Of a stretch of 46,141 nucleotides of DNA, positions 1 through 7,687 are shown in pieces (within the stretch, counting starts at the first letter, position 1; each line of letters starts with the position of its first letter). A program made the position numbers and the translations under genes. Under the pieces are notes generated by a model that was given only the letters and a program-made list of their open reading frames with translations, did no database searches and was not told the DNA's origin. The DNA comes from a virus: positions 1-46,141 of IMG/VR virus record IMGVR_UViG_3300020181_000002. One strand, given 5' to 3'.

Positions 1-127
1 AGCGCGCGATGAATTGCCCCTCGACCGTCGTCGGCCCGTAGTCTAGCGCCACGCTCGGCAGCGCCGTGCACGACAGGAGCACGCTCGGCACCGGCACGGT
101 CTTGTACTCGACCACGTCGGCAAGCCC
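1..127. repeat. Terminal overlap copy 1: identical to 46015-46141, same orientation
   Basis: Compared base by base. agcgcgcgatgaattgcccc...cacgtcggcaagccc is present at both ends. Identity stops exactly at the contig end. Confidence 0.97.
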
Positions 128-250
128 AGCATCGTCGACGACGCCCACGTGCACGCGCGGCGTTCCGTGCGCGAGCTGGTCGTTGGTCGGCTCGAGCACG
201 GCGCGGATGCGCGCCACCATGGCGTCGAGCACCTTGCTCGGCTGCGTCAT
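1..250 (-). CDS. Neck/tail-completion protein, Mu gp37 (DUF1834)-like, N-terminal part. The gene continues over the circular junction into 46014->45653.
   Basis: ATG at 250 overlaps the stop of the upstream gene (ATGA), with GGGAGG a few nt upstream. The frame runs off base 1 and continues in frame at the other end (MTQPSKVLDAMVARIRAVLEP..., about 203 aa in total). It sits between gpG-like and gp38-like genes, as in Mu. Confidence 0.6.
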   Translation of the reverse strand, partial: MTQPSKVLDAMVARIRAVLEPTNDQLAHGTPRVHVGVVDDAGLADVVEYKTVPVPSVLLSCTALPSVALDYGPTTVEGQFIAR

Positions 251-741
251 CGGCGCCTCCCTGTGCCCGTGAAGCCACGGTCGATGAACTCACGCACGAG
301 ATCGCGAAGCTCGCGCCGGTCACTCGGGTCGCTGAAGCCGGGCTCCGTGTCGAGGAACGGCCGTGCCGGCATGTTGTCCGTTCCGTAGAGGTGCGCGCCT
401 GCGTATTCGAGCGACGAGCCCACGACCACCTCAGCCGGGCTGTTCACCTCGTAGGTGATGCTGTCGCGAAGCGCGCCGGTCTTCAGCAGGAGCGAGTGGT
501 TCGGGTTCTTGACCGTCTTGCGGTAGCGCTCGCTCCACGGCTTCCACTTCTTGCCGGCCGGCTCGCGCTTCGTCTCTTGGATGCGCTTGCGCGCGCTGTT
601 GGCCTGCTGCTCGCCGATCTGCTCGACGAGCCACGGGTCACCGCGCAGGTTCTCGCTCAGACCCTCGAAGCGCTTGCGCAGCTTCTCCAGCTCCTGCACG
701 CCGACGACGACAGCGCCCGTGTCCTGCTGGCGCGTCGCCAT
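247..741 (-). CDS. Virion morphogenesis protein (Mu gpG-like family)
   Basis: 164 aa. Motifs KPWSERY..K......LL.TGALRDSI and AGAHLYGTDNMPARPFL are typical of the phage virion morphogenesis (gpG) family. Position is in the head-tail joining block. Confidence 0.75.
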   Translation of the reverse strand: MATRQQDTGAVVVGVQELEKLRKRFEGLSENLRGDPWLVEQIGEQQANSARKRIQETKREPAGKKWKPWSERYRKTVKNPNHSLLLKTGALRDSITYEVNSPAEVVVGSSLEYAGAHLYGTDNMPARPFLDTEPGFSDPSDRRELRDLVREFIDRGFTGTGRRR

Positions 742-1163
742 CAGAAGACCCGCCGCGCGCTCTCGCGCGACCAGACCCGCTCGATGCCGTACGACTCGGG
801 ATCGCCGGGGTCGACGGCCGGCTCGGCGGTGACCGGCTTCAGCGTGGCCTTGCCGTCGCTCACGCTCTTGAGCCAGCTGACGGCGTTCGCGTACGCAAGG
901 CGCGAGTCCTCCGTGCCTGCGTCGCGTGCCATGCGCAGAAAGTTTGCCGCCACGTCGACCACGGCGCGCCGCAAGGCGGGCGGAGTCGGGGTAGGGATCG
1001 GCTGCTCGCCACTCAGGTACGTGTCCGCAAAGGCGCTCGCCTCTTCGAGTGCGCGCTGCACCACGGCCTCGTCGATGACGTGGTCGCCGTCATGATCGGC
1101 GATCGCCCGGAGCGTGTCTGCCCCGAGCGCGAACCGCATGTCTTCGAGCGTGGCGTACGGCAA
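741..1163 (-). CDS. Head-tail connector protein, Mu gp36 (DUF1320)-like
   Basis: 140 aa. The N-terminus MPYATLEDMRFALGADTLRAIAD and ..AFADTYL.. resemble DUF1320. Position is downstream of the major head gene. Confidence 0.7.
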   Translation of the reverse strand: MPYATLEDMRFALGADTLRAIADHDGDHVIDEAVVQRALEEASAFADTYLSGEQPIPTPTPPALRRAVVDVAANFLRMARDAGTEDSRLAYANAVSWLKSVSDGKATLKPVTAEPAVDPGDPESYGIERVWSRESARRVF

Positions 1164-1176
1164 GCGCGCATCCTCC

Positions 1177-1722
1177 TCAGCCGAGCTTCACCTGGATGCG
1201 CGGGTCGGTGGCGATGGCGAGCAGGTGCTGGCGCGTGCGGTTGAGCAGCGTCTGCACGATGACCTCTTGCGGGCGCGGCGTGACCACCACGCCGCCCACC
1301 ACGACGCCGCCGCTGTTCTTGTCGACCGTCTGCACGACGATGACCTGCGCCTTCTCGATCTCCTCGAGAGACGGGCGGTCTCCGAACTCCTCGCGCTCGA
1401 AGTCGCCAGGCGCGGTCGGCGCCACACGGTACTCGGTGGGCGGGACCGGAGGCTCAAGCTCCGGGTGCTCGACCTCGCGCGGCGGCACGTTCGCGCCTTC
1501 GCCAGCCTTGGGCGCTGCGCGGGGCGCCTCGCCGCTGTCGATCTGCTGCTCGGTCTGCTGGACGTCGCCCATCGTGGGCACGGCCGGCGCCGCGGACATG
1601 ACCGATGCGCCGCCCGCGTCGCCGTCGGGCACGCTGGTCGAGCCCTCGGCCAGTACCACGTCGAGCGGTGCGGCCGGAGCGGACTCGTCTTCGTAGCTCC
1701 CGTCGTTCTTGCGCTTGGCCAT
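1177..1722 (-). CDS. Hypothetical head-module protein (disordered acidic/Pro-rich N-terminal half)
   Basis: 181-aa ORF directly after the major head gene, with GC3-rich codon usage. No family recognised. Confidence 0.55.
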   Translation of the reverse strand: MAKRKNDGSYEDESAPAAPLDVVLAEGSTSVPDGDAGGASVMSAAPAVPTMGDVQQTEQQIDSGEAPRAAPKAGEGANVPPREVEHPELEPPVPPTEYRVAPTAPGDFEREEFGDRPSLEEIEKAQVIVVQTVDKNSGGVVVGGVVVTPRPQEVIVQTLLNRTRQHLLAIATDPRIQVKLG

Positions 1723-1723
1723 G

Positions 1724-2608
1724 TCAGACCCCCGTCAGCCGGTTGATGACGACGTACCGGATGCCACCGTTGTGGATGTTTTCCTCGCCGGTCGAGAGCG
1801 TGTTGCGGCCGAACAGGCGGCGCGCATCGAACTCCAGCTGCGGCGGGACGACCACGAGGTTCGGCTGCACGTCGAGGTTCTCACTCTCCTCGTCGACGCG
1901 CAGGCGCATCTGCGTGACCGCCGCCTCGAAGTTGGCTGCGTCGAGCGTGCTCTTGCTCTTGTACGCGCCTTGCCAGAGACCGTATCCAGGCCCGCCGCGC
2001 GCGCGCACGCCCCAGAGGTGCTCGTCCTTGTCGAAGACGAACGGGTCGGCCGGGTCGGTGCGCGGCGTGAGCTTCGGCGCCACGCGCTCGCCCCAGATGA
2101 ACGGCTTCACCGGGAGGTTCGTGTCGAGGACGTACCAGGCGGGGTTCGCGCCTGGCGTGAAGTTCGAGACGTTGACGCCGCGCTCCGGGTGCGTGGCGCT
2201 GAAGAACGGCACCTGGTCGTATCCGGCGCCGTTCGCTTCGATGGCGCGGATCATCTGCTGCCCACGCCAGCGCGCAGCCTGGCGCGCGAGCATGTTGATG
2301 GCCGGCATGTAGATGTCGAGGTTGTCGTCTTCGAGGTCTTCCACGCCGATGGCGATGGTCTTCTCGAACTTGCGCGCGACGATCTCGTACGCGTCGCGCA
2401 TCACCGACTTGATGATGCGGCCGCCCTTCCACTCGCGCAGCGGGCCGACGTTCCCGCTGATGGGGAACTCGACGCGCTTGGTCGTCATGTTGACGACGGT
2501 GGTGAACTCGGCAGTCGGGTCTTCCGTGCCTTGCGCCTGCAGTGCCGTCTTGAAGATGGCGTTGGCTGCGACAGCGAAGGTTCTGAGGTCTCGAATGACT
2601 CCAGCCAT
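1724..2608 (-). CDS. Major head subunit, Mu gpT-like
   Basis: 294 aa. FTTVVNMTTKRVEFPISGNVGPLREWKGGR..K and overall length match Mu-like gpT major capsid proteins. It follows the protease/scaffold gene. Confidence 0.85.
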   Translation of the reverse strand: MAGVIRDLRTFAVAANAIFKTALQAQGTEDPTAEFTTVVNMTTKRVEFPISGNVGPLREWKGGRIIKSVMRDAYEIVARKFEKTIAIGVEDLEDDNLDIYMPAINMLARQAARWRGQQMIRAIEANGAGYDQVPFFSATHPERGVNVSNFTPGANPAWYVLDTNLPVKPFIWGERVAPKLTPRTDPADPFVFDKDEHLWGVRARGGPGYGLWQGAYKSKSTLDAANFEAAVTQMRLRVDEESENLDVQPNLVVVPPQLEFDARRLFGRNTLSTGEENIHNGGIRYVVINRLTGV

Positions 2609-2620
2609 GAGGTCCGCTCC

Positions 2621-3037
2621 TTACTGGTCGAACCGCAGCCAGACGCCGGCTTCGGTCACGTTGTGGCACTTGCCGGCGCGCGAGCGCGTGCCGCCGCCGT
2701 TGGTGAGGCCGAGCGTTTGATTGTCGACCCAGAAGACATCGTCGCCGACGTTCGCGAGCGTGATGGTGTCTGCTCCGCCAGCGGAGAAGAACGCCACGAC
2801 GTAGTCGCTCTCGACCTCGATGCTGATGGCCGAGGCGATGCCGCCCGTGTTGTTGGCGCGAAACTTCGACACGCCGACCGACTTGCCGACGGCCGTGCCT
2901 GCGTTGCGCGCGAGGCCAGTGGCCGTCTCGATGATGACGCCGACGCCGGCCGGGATGTTTTCACCGGCAGCGACCGGGAAGTTCCGGTCGCCGGGCAGTC
3001 TGCGACTGTAGTTTCGATCTAGGATCGTAGCCGGCAC
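2621..3037 (-). CDS. Small head protein, possibly a DUF2190-like decoration/cement protein
   Basis: GTG at 3037 with GGGAGG 6 nt upstream, 138 aa. G/V-rich beta-type sequence (GVGVIIE..GKSVGVS..VFWVDNQ) between scaffold and capsid genes. The longer 263-aa ORF in the track is an Arg-rich upstream extension overlapping gpI. Confidence 0.45.
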   Translation of the reverse strand: MPATILDRNYSRRLPGDRNFPVAAGENIPAGVGVIIETATGLARNAGTAVGKSVGVSKFRANNTGGIASAISIEVESDYVVAFFSAGGADTITLANVGDDVFWVDNQTLGLTNGGGTRSRAGKCHNVTEAGVWLRFDQ

Positions 3038-3039
3038 GT

Positions 3040-4257
3040 TCAGCCTCCCGTCTGCGGCTGCGCGGGCGGTGCGCCTGCAGCCGGCTGCTCGTCTTCTTCG
3101 TTGTCGTCGCCCTCGGCGTCCTCGTCGTCGTCGAGATCGTCGTCGTCGTCCGCGTCCTCGGGCTCGGTTGCAGCGGGGCGCTTCTTCGGGTCGAAGACCT
3201 CGCCCTCGCTCTCGGCGATCTGCTCGTCGGTGAAGCCGAGGCGCTTGAGCGCGGCACGGTCGACGCCGTTCACGTTGGCGCGCAGGCGCGAGCGCCGCTC
3301 GGTCTGCTTGCCGGGCGCGGGCGCAGGCGCGCCGATGGTGGCGAGGCCGGGGTAGATGGTGTCCTTGAACGTCGCGAAGTTCTCGGGGCTCGCGAGGCAG
3401 AACTCGGCCCACCGCTTGCGCGCGGACGGCGGGATCTTGCCGGCGCGCGAGCCCTCGGCGAGGAACGACTGCACCTCACTCTTGAAGCTCGTGGCCTGGT
3501 AGGCGTTGAGCTGCTGGGCGAGCTTCGCGGTGTCGGCGCGCGCGTCGTTGAGCTGATGGGTCAGCGTGTCGCACGCAGCCTTGAGGCTCTGTGCGGTCTG
3601 CGCTGCCTCGAGCAACGGCTTCGCAGCGGCGACGAGCTGGTCGTCGCTCGCGTCGGGCTGAAGGCCGAACGCCTGGCAGATGGCGCGGCGGGTCTGGTCG
3701 TTCATGTCTTGCTCCTGCGAATCGATGGGGCCGAGGCGCTGCGAGAGCTGCTCGCGAAAGGCTTCGATGCCGTGCATGCGGAGGGCGGGTCTGTTCGTGA
3801 GCGCCACCGAGGTCAGCTTGTCGACGTGGAACTGAAAGCCCTCTGGCTTGAGGTCGCGCTTTCCGACGACCACCGGCGACAAGAACCTGAAGTGCTTGGT
3901 CGTGACGTGTTCGCGACCCTGCGGCGTCCAGTGCGCGCGCCCCCAGACGCCGGCCTTCGTGCCGGCCTCGGCGGGCTCGACCTTCAGCTCCTCGATCCAG
4001 CCGGCCGCGCGCGTGTCGCCGTGCTCGCTCGCGTGCTCCCAGTCGATGAGCATCGGCAGCTCGGTCGCCCGCACGACCTCTTGCGCGTCGCGCACGGTGA
4101 ACTTGCGGCCATCGCGCGCCTCGACGTGCGGACCGAGCGGCAGGATGTGAATCCACTGCGGCCGGTCTTCGGCGCAGGGCTCGACCTCCACAGCGAAGCG
4201 CATCAGCGCTTGGCCGGAGCGGAGCGTGCCGAGGTGCTCAGCCTGCGTGCCGTTCAT
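3040..4257 (-). CDS. Head maturation protease/scaffold, Mu gpI-like. The C-terminal half probably also serves as a nested scaffold like Mu gpZ.
   Basis: WIHILPLGPHVEARDGRKF, IDWEHAS and FLSPVV match the Mu-like prophage I protease family. The C-terminal half is coiled-coil and ends in a run of D/E. Start is ATG 4257 (or 4203). The upstream part of the 463-aa ORF is Arg-rich and overlaps the preceding gene. Confidence 0.8.
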   Translation of the reverse strand: MNGTQAEHLGTLRSGQALMRFAVEVEPCAEDRPQWIHILPLGPHVEARDGRKFTVRDAQEVVRATELPMLIDWEHASEHGDTRAAGWIEELKVEPAEAGTKAGVWGRAHWTPQGREHVTTKHFRFLSPVVVGKRDLKPEGFQFHVDKLTSVALTNRPALRMHGIEAFREQLSQRLGPIDSQEQDMNDQTRRAICQAFGLQPDASDDQLVAAAKPLLEAAQTAQSLKAACDTLTHQLNDARADTAKLAQQLNAYQATSFKSEVQSFLAEGSRAGKIPPSARKRWAEFCLASPENFATFKDTIYPGLATIGAPAPAPGKQTERRSRLRANVNGVDRAALKRLGFTDEQIAESEGEVFDPKKRPAATEPEDADDDDDLDDDEDAEGDDNEEDEQPAAGAPPAQPQTGG

Positions 4258-4280
4258 GTGCCAGCACGGTGCTGGCCTCG

Positions 4281-4310
4281 CCGCCACGCGAGCAACGTGG
4301 CGAAGAGCTA
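4281..4310 (-). repeat. Intergenic hairpin element, copy 1. Coding strand: TAG-CTCTT-CGCCACG-TTGCTCG-CGTGGCG-G.
   Basis: The 23-bp core CCGCCACGCGAGCAACGTGGCGA (4281-4303) is identical to 38514-38536. It abuts the TAG stop (4308-4310) of the 76-aa gene upstream of gpI. Confidence 0.8.
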
Positions 4311-4538
4311 GTCCTGTGCAGGCGCGCGCACGGCCGTCACGTCGTACCACGCCGCGTGCGCCAGCTCTGCAGCATCGCGCGCGCCTACGCCGGCCACCTT
4401 CAAAAATGAGACGCCGATCGCGAGCAGGCACCAGGCCGTGTCTCGGTCGATGGGGAGCACGCCATCATCGTGCGCCCGCTCCAGCAGCTTCACGATCTCC
4501 TCCATGCGTCGCTGCCGCTCTGCGTAGGAGTCGGCCAT
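4308..4538 (-). CDS. Hypothetical protein (76 aa)
   Basis: MADSYAERQRRMEEIVKLL... ATG 4538 overlaps the stop of the upstream gene (ATGA). Confidence 0.5.
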   Translation of the reverse strand: MADSYAERQRRMEEIVKLLERAHDDGVLPIDRDTAWCLLAIGVSFLKVAGVGARDAAELAHAAWYDVTAVRAPAQD

Positions 4539-4720
4539 CAGCGTGCCTGCCCCTGGCGCGCAGCAGCGCGTGCGATGCCGTCTAGCTCGGCGGCTATGGC
4601 GATGCGCTCGAGCGCGTCGCACGCACGGTCCGCCAGGTGAAACGAGTACCAGAACACCGCGATGCCGATGGCGAGCGCCACCAGGTTGCCGACCAGCACT
4701 GCCGACCCTTCTCCCCTCAT
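4538..4720 (-). CDS. Small membrane protein (60 aa, one TM)
   Basis: The hydrophobic stretch AVLVGNLVALAIGIAVFWYSF is a predicted TM helix. Coupled to the next gene. Confidence 0.5.
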   Translation of the reverse strand: MRGEGSAVLVGNLVALAIGIAVFWYSFHLADRACDALERIAIAAELDGIARAAARQGQAR

Positions 4721-4733
4721 GCAGCCGCTCCTT

Positions 4734-5594
4734 TCACTTGCGCCCCTTGGTCTTTGGCGCGCGCTTCTTCAGCGCCTGGTCGCGCCCCTCGCCGGGCCGC
4801 TTGTCGAAGCCTGGGTCGATGCCCTTGCGCACCATGATGGTCTCGCCCGTGCGCTTGTTCTGCCACGGCACGAGCGGCACGCGCGGGCGCGTGGTGATGA
4901 CCGGCTGCTTCGTCTGGCGCACGTGTCCCGTGGGATTGCCGTCGTCATCGAGGATGGGCTCGGGCTCGCCGGCGACGATGCCCTGGTCGACGAGCCGCGT
5001 GTACTCGGTCTTGGTCACGCTGCGGACCGCGCACTTGCAGTTGTAGCCGTTCGGCGGAAAGGCGTAGCTCCAGAAGCTGTCCTCGACCGGCAGGAGCACG
5101 CCGTGCCAGGCGAGGTGCTGCTCGCGATGGCGCTGGCTCGGGCCGACCTGGTAGAGCAGGTAAGGGCGCTGCGTCGCGCTCTTGAGAATGCGCTCGTACT
5201 GGCCGACTGCGCGGCTCGCGCGCAGGTTCGTGTCGAACACGAGCTTGAGGCGCTGCGGCGGCTTCACGAGGACCACGTCGCCGGTCTCCGGGTCCTCGAC
5301 CTCTTGCTCGTCCCACCAGCCGAGCGACTTGAGGCGCGGCTCGATGTTGCGCTTGAACGAGGCAAACGAGTGCCCCTGCTCCAGCGCGATGTCCAGCTCC
5401 TCCTGCATCACGGCGAGCACGTCCTCGCGCATCACCTTGGCAGCGGTGAAGGCCGTGTCGTGCTCCTTGCCCCAGACGTCGCGGTAGTCGAAGCCGGGGC
5501 GCAGGCGCTTGTCGCGCCAGTACGCGAGCACGTCGCGCGGGATGGGACCCGGCTTGATGTCGCGGTCGGCGAAGAGTTCAAGCACCGGGTTCAT
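4734..5594 (-). CDS. Head morphogenesis protein, Mu gpF / SPP1 gp7 family
   Basis: 286 aa. The QRHREQHLAWHGVLLPVEDSFWSYAFPPNGYNCKCAV motif is the hallmark of the Phage_Mu_F family. Confidence 0.88.
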   Translation of the reverse strand: MNPVLELFADRDIKPGPIPRDVLAYWRDKRLRPGFDYRDVWGKEHDTAFTAAKVMREDVLAVMQEELDIALEQGHSFASFKRNIEPRLKSLGWWDEQEVEDPETGDVVLVKPPQRLKLVFDTNLRASRAVGQYERILKSATQRPYLLYQVGPSQRHREQHLAWHGVLLPVEDSFWSYAFPPNGYNCKCAVRSVTKTEYTRLVDQGIVAGEPEPILDDDGNPTGHVRQTKQPVITTRPRVPLVPWQNKRTGETIMVRKGIDPGFDKRPGEGRDQALKKRAPKTKGRK

Positions 5595-5838
5595 GCATCC
5601 CCCTTGCGAGGTGGTAGCGCGCGCGGCTGTGAACCATGATGCGCGCGAGCAGCACGAGCGTGGCCAGCAGAAGCAGCGCGATCATCGGGCGCAGGTAGCG
5701 CTCTTCGCCAGCGTCGTCCGCCAGCGCGATGATGACGACGGCGATGATGGCTCCGTCGAGCACGAGCTGCGCGACCGTGAGCCGCTTGAACCAGAGCGCC
5801 GCCTCGATGGCGCGCGCGGCGTGCGCCTCGGGCGTCAC
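5578..5838 (-). CDS. Membrane protein (86 aa, two TM)
   Basis: Two hydrophobic segments (LVLDGAIIAVVIIALA, MIALLLLATLVLLARIMV). ATGA overlap with the upstream gene. Confidence 0.5.
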   Translation of the reverse strand: MTPEAHAARAIEAALWFKRLTVAQLVLDGAIIAVVIIALADDAGEERYLRPMIALLLLATLVLLARIMVHSRARYHLARGMHEPGA

Positions 5839-6047
5839 GGCGCCCCGCGTGCCGTCGCGATGAGGTCTGCGAGCAGCTGCGCCGCGCGCGCGTCGCGGTA
5901 CGCCTCGGCGTCGCGCTGCAGCTCGATGAAGGGGCGCAGCAGCTCCTCGCGGTAGTTCGCGAGCACGATCGACAGCATGTGCTCGTCGTCGCGCGAGCTG
6001 CTGTAGCAGGACGCCAGGTCCTTCTCGCGCCGGTTCGGCTCAGTCAC
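5835..6047 (-). CDS. Hypothetical protein (70 aa)
   Basis: GTG at 6047 overlaps the portal stop (GTGA) with GAGG upstream: VTEPNRREKDLASCY...ELLRPFIELQRDAEAY. Confidence 0.45.
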   Translation of the reverse strand: MTEPNRREKDLASCYSSSRDDEHMLSIVLANYREELLRPFIELQRDAEAYRDARAAQLLADLIATARGAP

Positions 6048-7687
6048 GGCTTCACCTCGTCGGTCGCATCGCCGACGCCGCGGAGCTTGAACATGCCGCG
6101 CGAGAGCGCCACGACCAGCGCGCCCACGTCGAGCACCTCGCCTTCGTCGCGCGCGAGCTCCTCGAGCTTGGCGCGCGCCTCGTCGTAGCTCTCCGCGTCC
6201 TGCAGCTCGGCGATGAGGCGCCCGACGTTGCCCTCGAGCAAGGGGCGCCACTCGGCCAGCCGCTCGGCGAGGTCTTCGTCGGTAGCGTCGTAGGGCTCCT
6301 GGCCAGGCGCGCGCCGGGCGAGCTGCTCGCGGTTCATCTCGCTCGACTTGCCGTCGCCTTCGATCTCGTCGTCCTCGTCGGCCGGTTCGTCGCCCTCGGC
6401 GTCGCTGCCGTCCGTGTCGCCCACGGGGCCGCGCTTGCCATCGGGCGGCTCGGTGGCCGGGAGCTGGCGTGGCGCCAGCAGCTCGGCGCCGGGCTCGGGC
6501 TCGGCCAGGCCGATGCGGTCGCGGACCTCGCTCGCCTGCACGCGCCCGCCGAGGTCGACGTAGGTCTTTACGTTCTGCATGAACGCCGTCACGTCCTCGC
6601 CCTCGTCGACCATGATGGTCACGGTCGGGTATGCCTCCTGCGGACCAAAGTTCAGGTCGCAGAACGGCTTGACCAGGTCGCGGTTGATGGTCGCGCTCAG
6701 CGCGCGCGCGTCGGCCGCAAGGATGTCCATGCGCACGCGCTCGTGCGTCTTCGACTGCGCCAGCGACGAGCCATCATCGGTCGTCATGGTCTGCCCAAGG
6801 ACGAGCTTCGAGGTCTGCTTGTCCCAGTACACCGCGCACGACTCGAACAGCGTCTGGTTGCCCGAGCCGCTCTTGGCCTCGAGCACTTCGACTTCCATCT
6901 CAGCGGGGATGACGGCGGCTGCGTCCGAGCCGAGCGCGCGCACGGCCTTGAGGAGCTTGGGCGCCTTGTCGGCCTGGTGCGCCGGGTACTTTCCGATGCG
7001 GACCGGCATGCCGTAGATGTCGAGGAACGCGAGCCAGTCGGCGACGCACCACCGCTTGGCTGCGTACGCGACGGCGGCCGTGCGCGCGATGCCGGTGCGG
7101 ATGGGGATGCCGCTGCGCAGCTTTGGCTGGTGGATGATCCACTTGTACGGGTCGAGCGGCACGCCCTCGGGCTCGGTGTCCGTGCGCAGGAGCGGCACGG
7201 TCATCGTGTCCTTGTCGAAGACGAACAGCCGCTGGGGCCTGAACTCGTAGCGCACGGGCGTCCACGCCTCGGGCTCCTGCTGCCACACGATCTCGACCAG
7301 GCTGATGCCCTTCATGACGGCATCCATGAGGTCAAGCACGAGCCCCTCGAACTCGGGCTTGGCAACGAGCTGCTCGACGGCGGTCGCAAGCTCCTTGGCC
7401 TCCTCGCTGTCGTCGTGCGCCTCGACGAGCACGGGGCAGCCGGCGACGCCGAGCTTGCGCGTGAACACGACCGAGGCAAGGTGCGGCTCGCGCTCCTCCA
7501 TCTCCTCGGCCAAGACGAAGTACGCCTCGGGGCTGCCTTCGTCGGCTTCGCGCATCAGCGCGCCGAGGCGCTGCGGGGAGAGCGTGTCGGCGACCTCTTG
7601 GCGGTGCGGGCTGATGACGCTGCCGGCGCGCGGCACGGCCTGCAGCTTGGTCAAGCGCTTGGCGGGGATCGTGGACACCTTGGCCAT
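6044..7687 (-). CDS. Portal protein, Mu gp29 (DUF935) family
   Basis: 547 aa immediately after the large terminase. The N-terminal LSPQRLGALMREADEGSPEAYFVLAEEMEEREPHLASV is typical of DUF935 portals. Confidence 0.88.
   Translation of the reverse strand: MAKVSTIPAKRLTKLQAVPRAGSVISPHRQEVADTLSPQRLGALMREADEGSPEAYFVLAEEMEEREPHLASVVFTRKLGVAGCPVLVEAHDDSEEAKELATAVEQLVAKPEFEGLVLDLMDAVMKGISLVEIVWQQEPEAWTPVRYEFRPQRLFVFDKDTMTVPLLRTDTEPEGVPLDPYKWIIHQPKLRSGIPIRTGIARTAAVAYAAKRWCVADWLAFLDIYGMPVRIGKYPAHQADKAPKLLKAVRALGSDAAAVIPAEMEVEVLEAKSGSGNQTLFESCAVYWDKQTSKLVLGQTMTTDDGSSLAQSKTHERVRMDILAADARALSATINRDLVKPFCDLNFGPQEAYPTVTIMVDEGEDVTAFMQNVKTYVDLGGRVQASEVRDRIGLAEPEPGAELLAPRQLPATEPPDGKRGPVGDTDGSDAEGDEPADEDDEIEGDGKSSEMNREQLARRAPGQEPYDATDEDLAERLAEWRPLLEGNVGRLIAELQDAESYDEARAKLEELARDEGEVLDVGALVVALSRGMFKLRGVGDATDEVKP

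Noticed and set aside
1709-3022. Long plus-strand ORF (437 aa), representative of many long ORFs antisense to the annotated genes. Others include 391-1095(+), 33501-34994(+), 41409-42788(+), 44403-45731(+), 15669-16772(-), 18696-19829(-), 25960-27141(-) and 12731-13477(-).
   Set aside because: Their translations are dominated by Arg, Ala, Gly and Pro runs with no recognisable motifs. Each lies opposite or out of frame to an ORF with clear family signatures. Long spurious ORFs are expected in high-GC DNA, where stop codons are rare.
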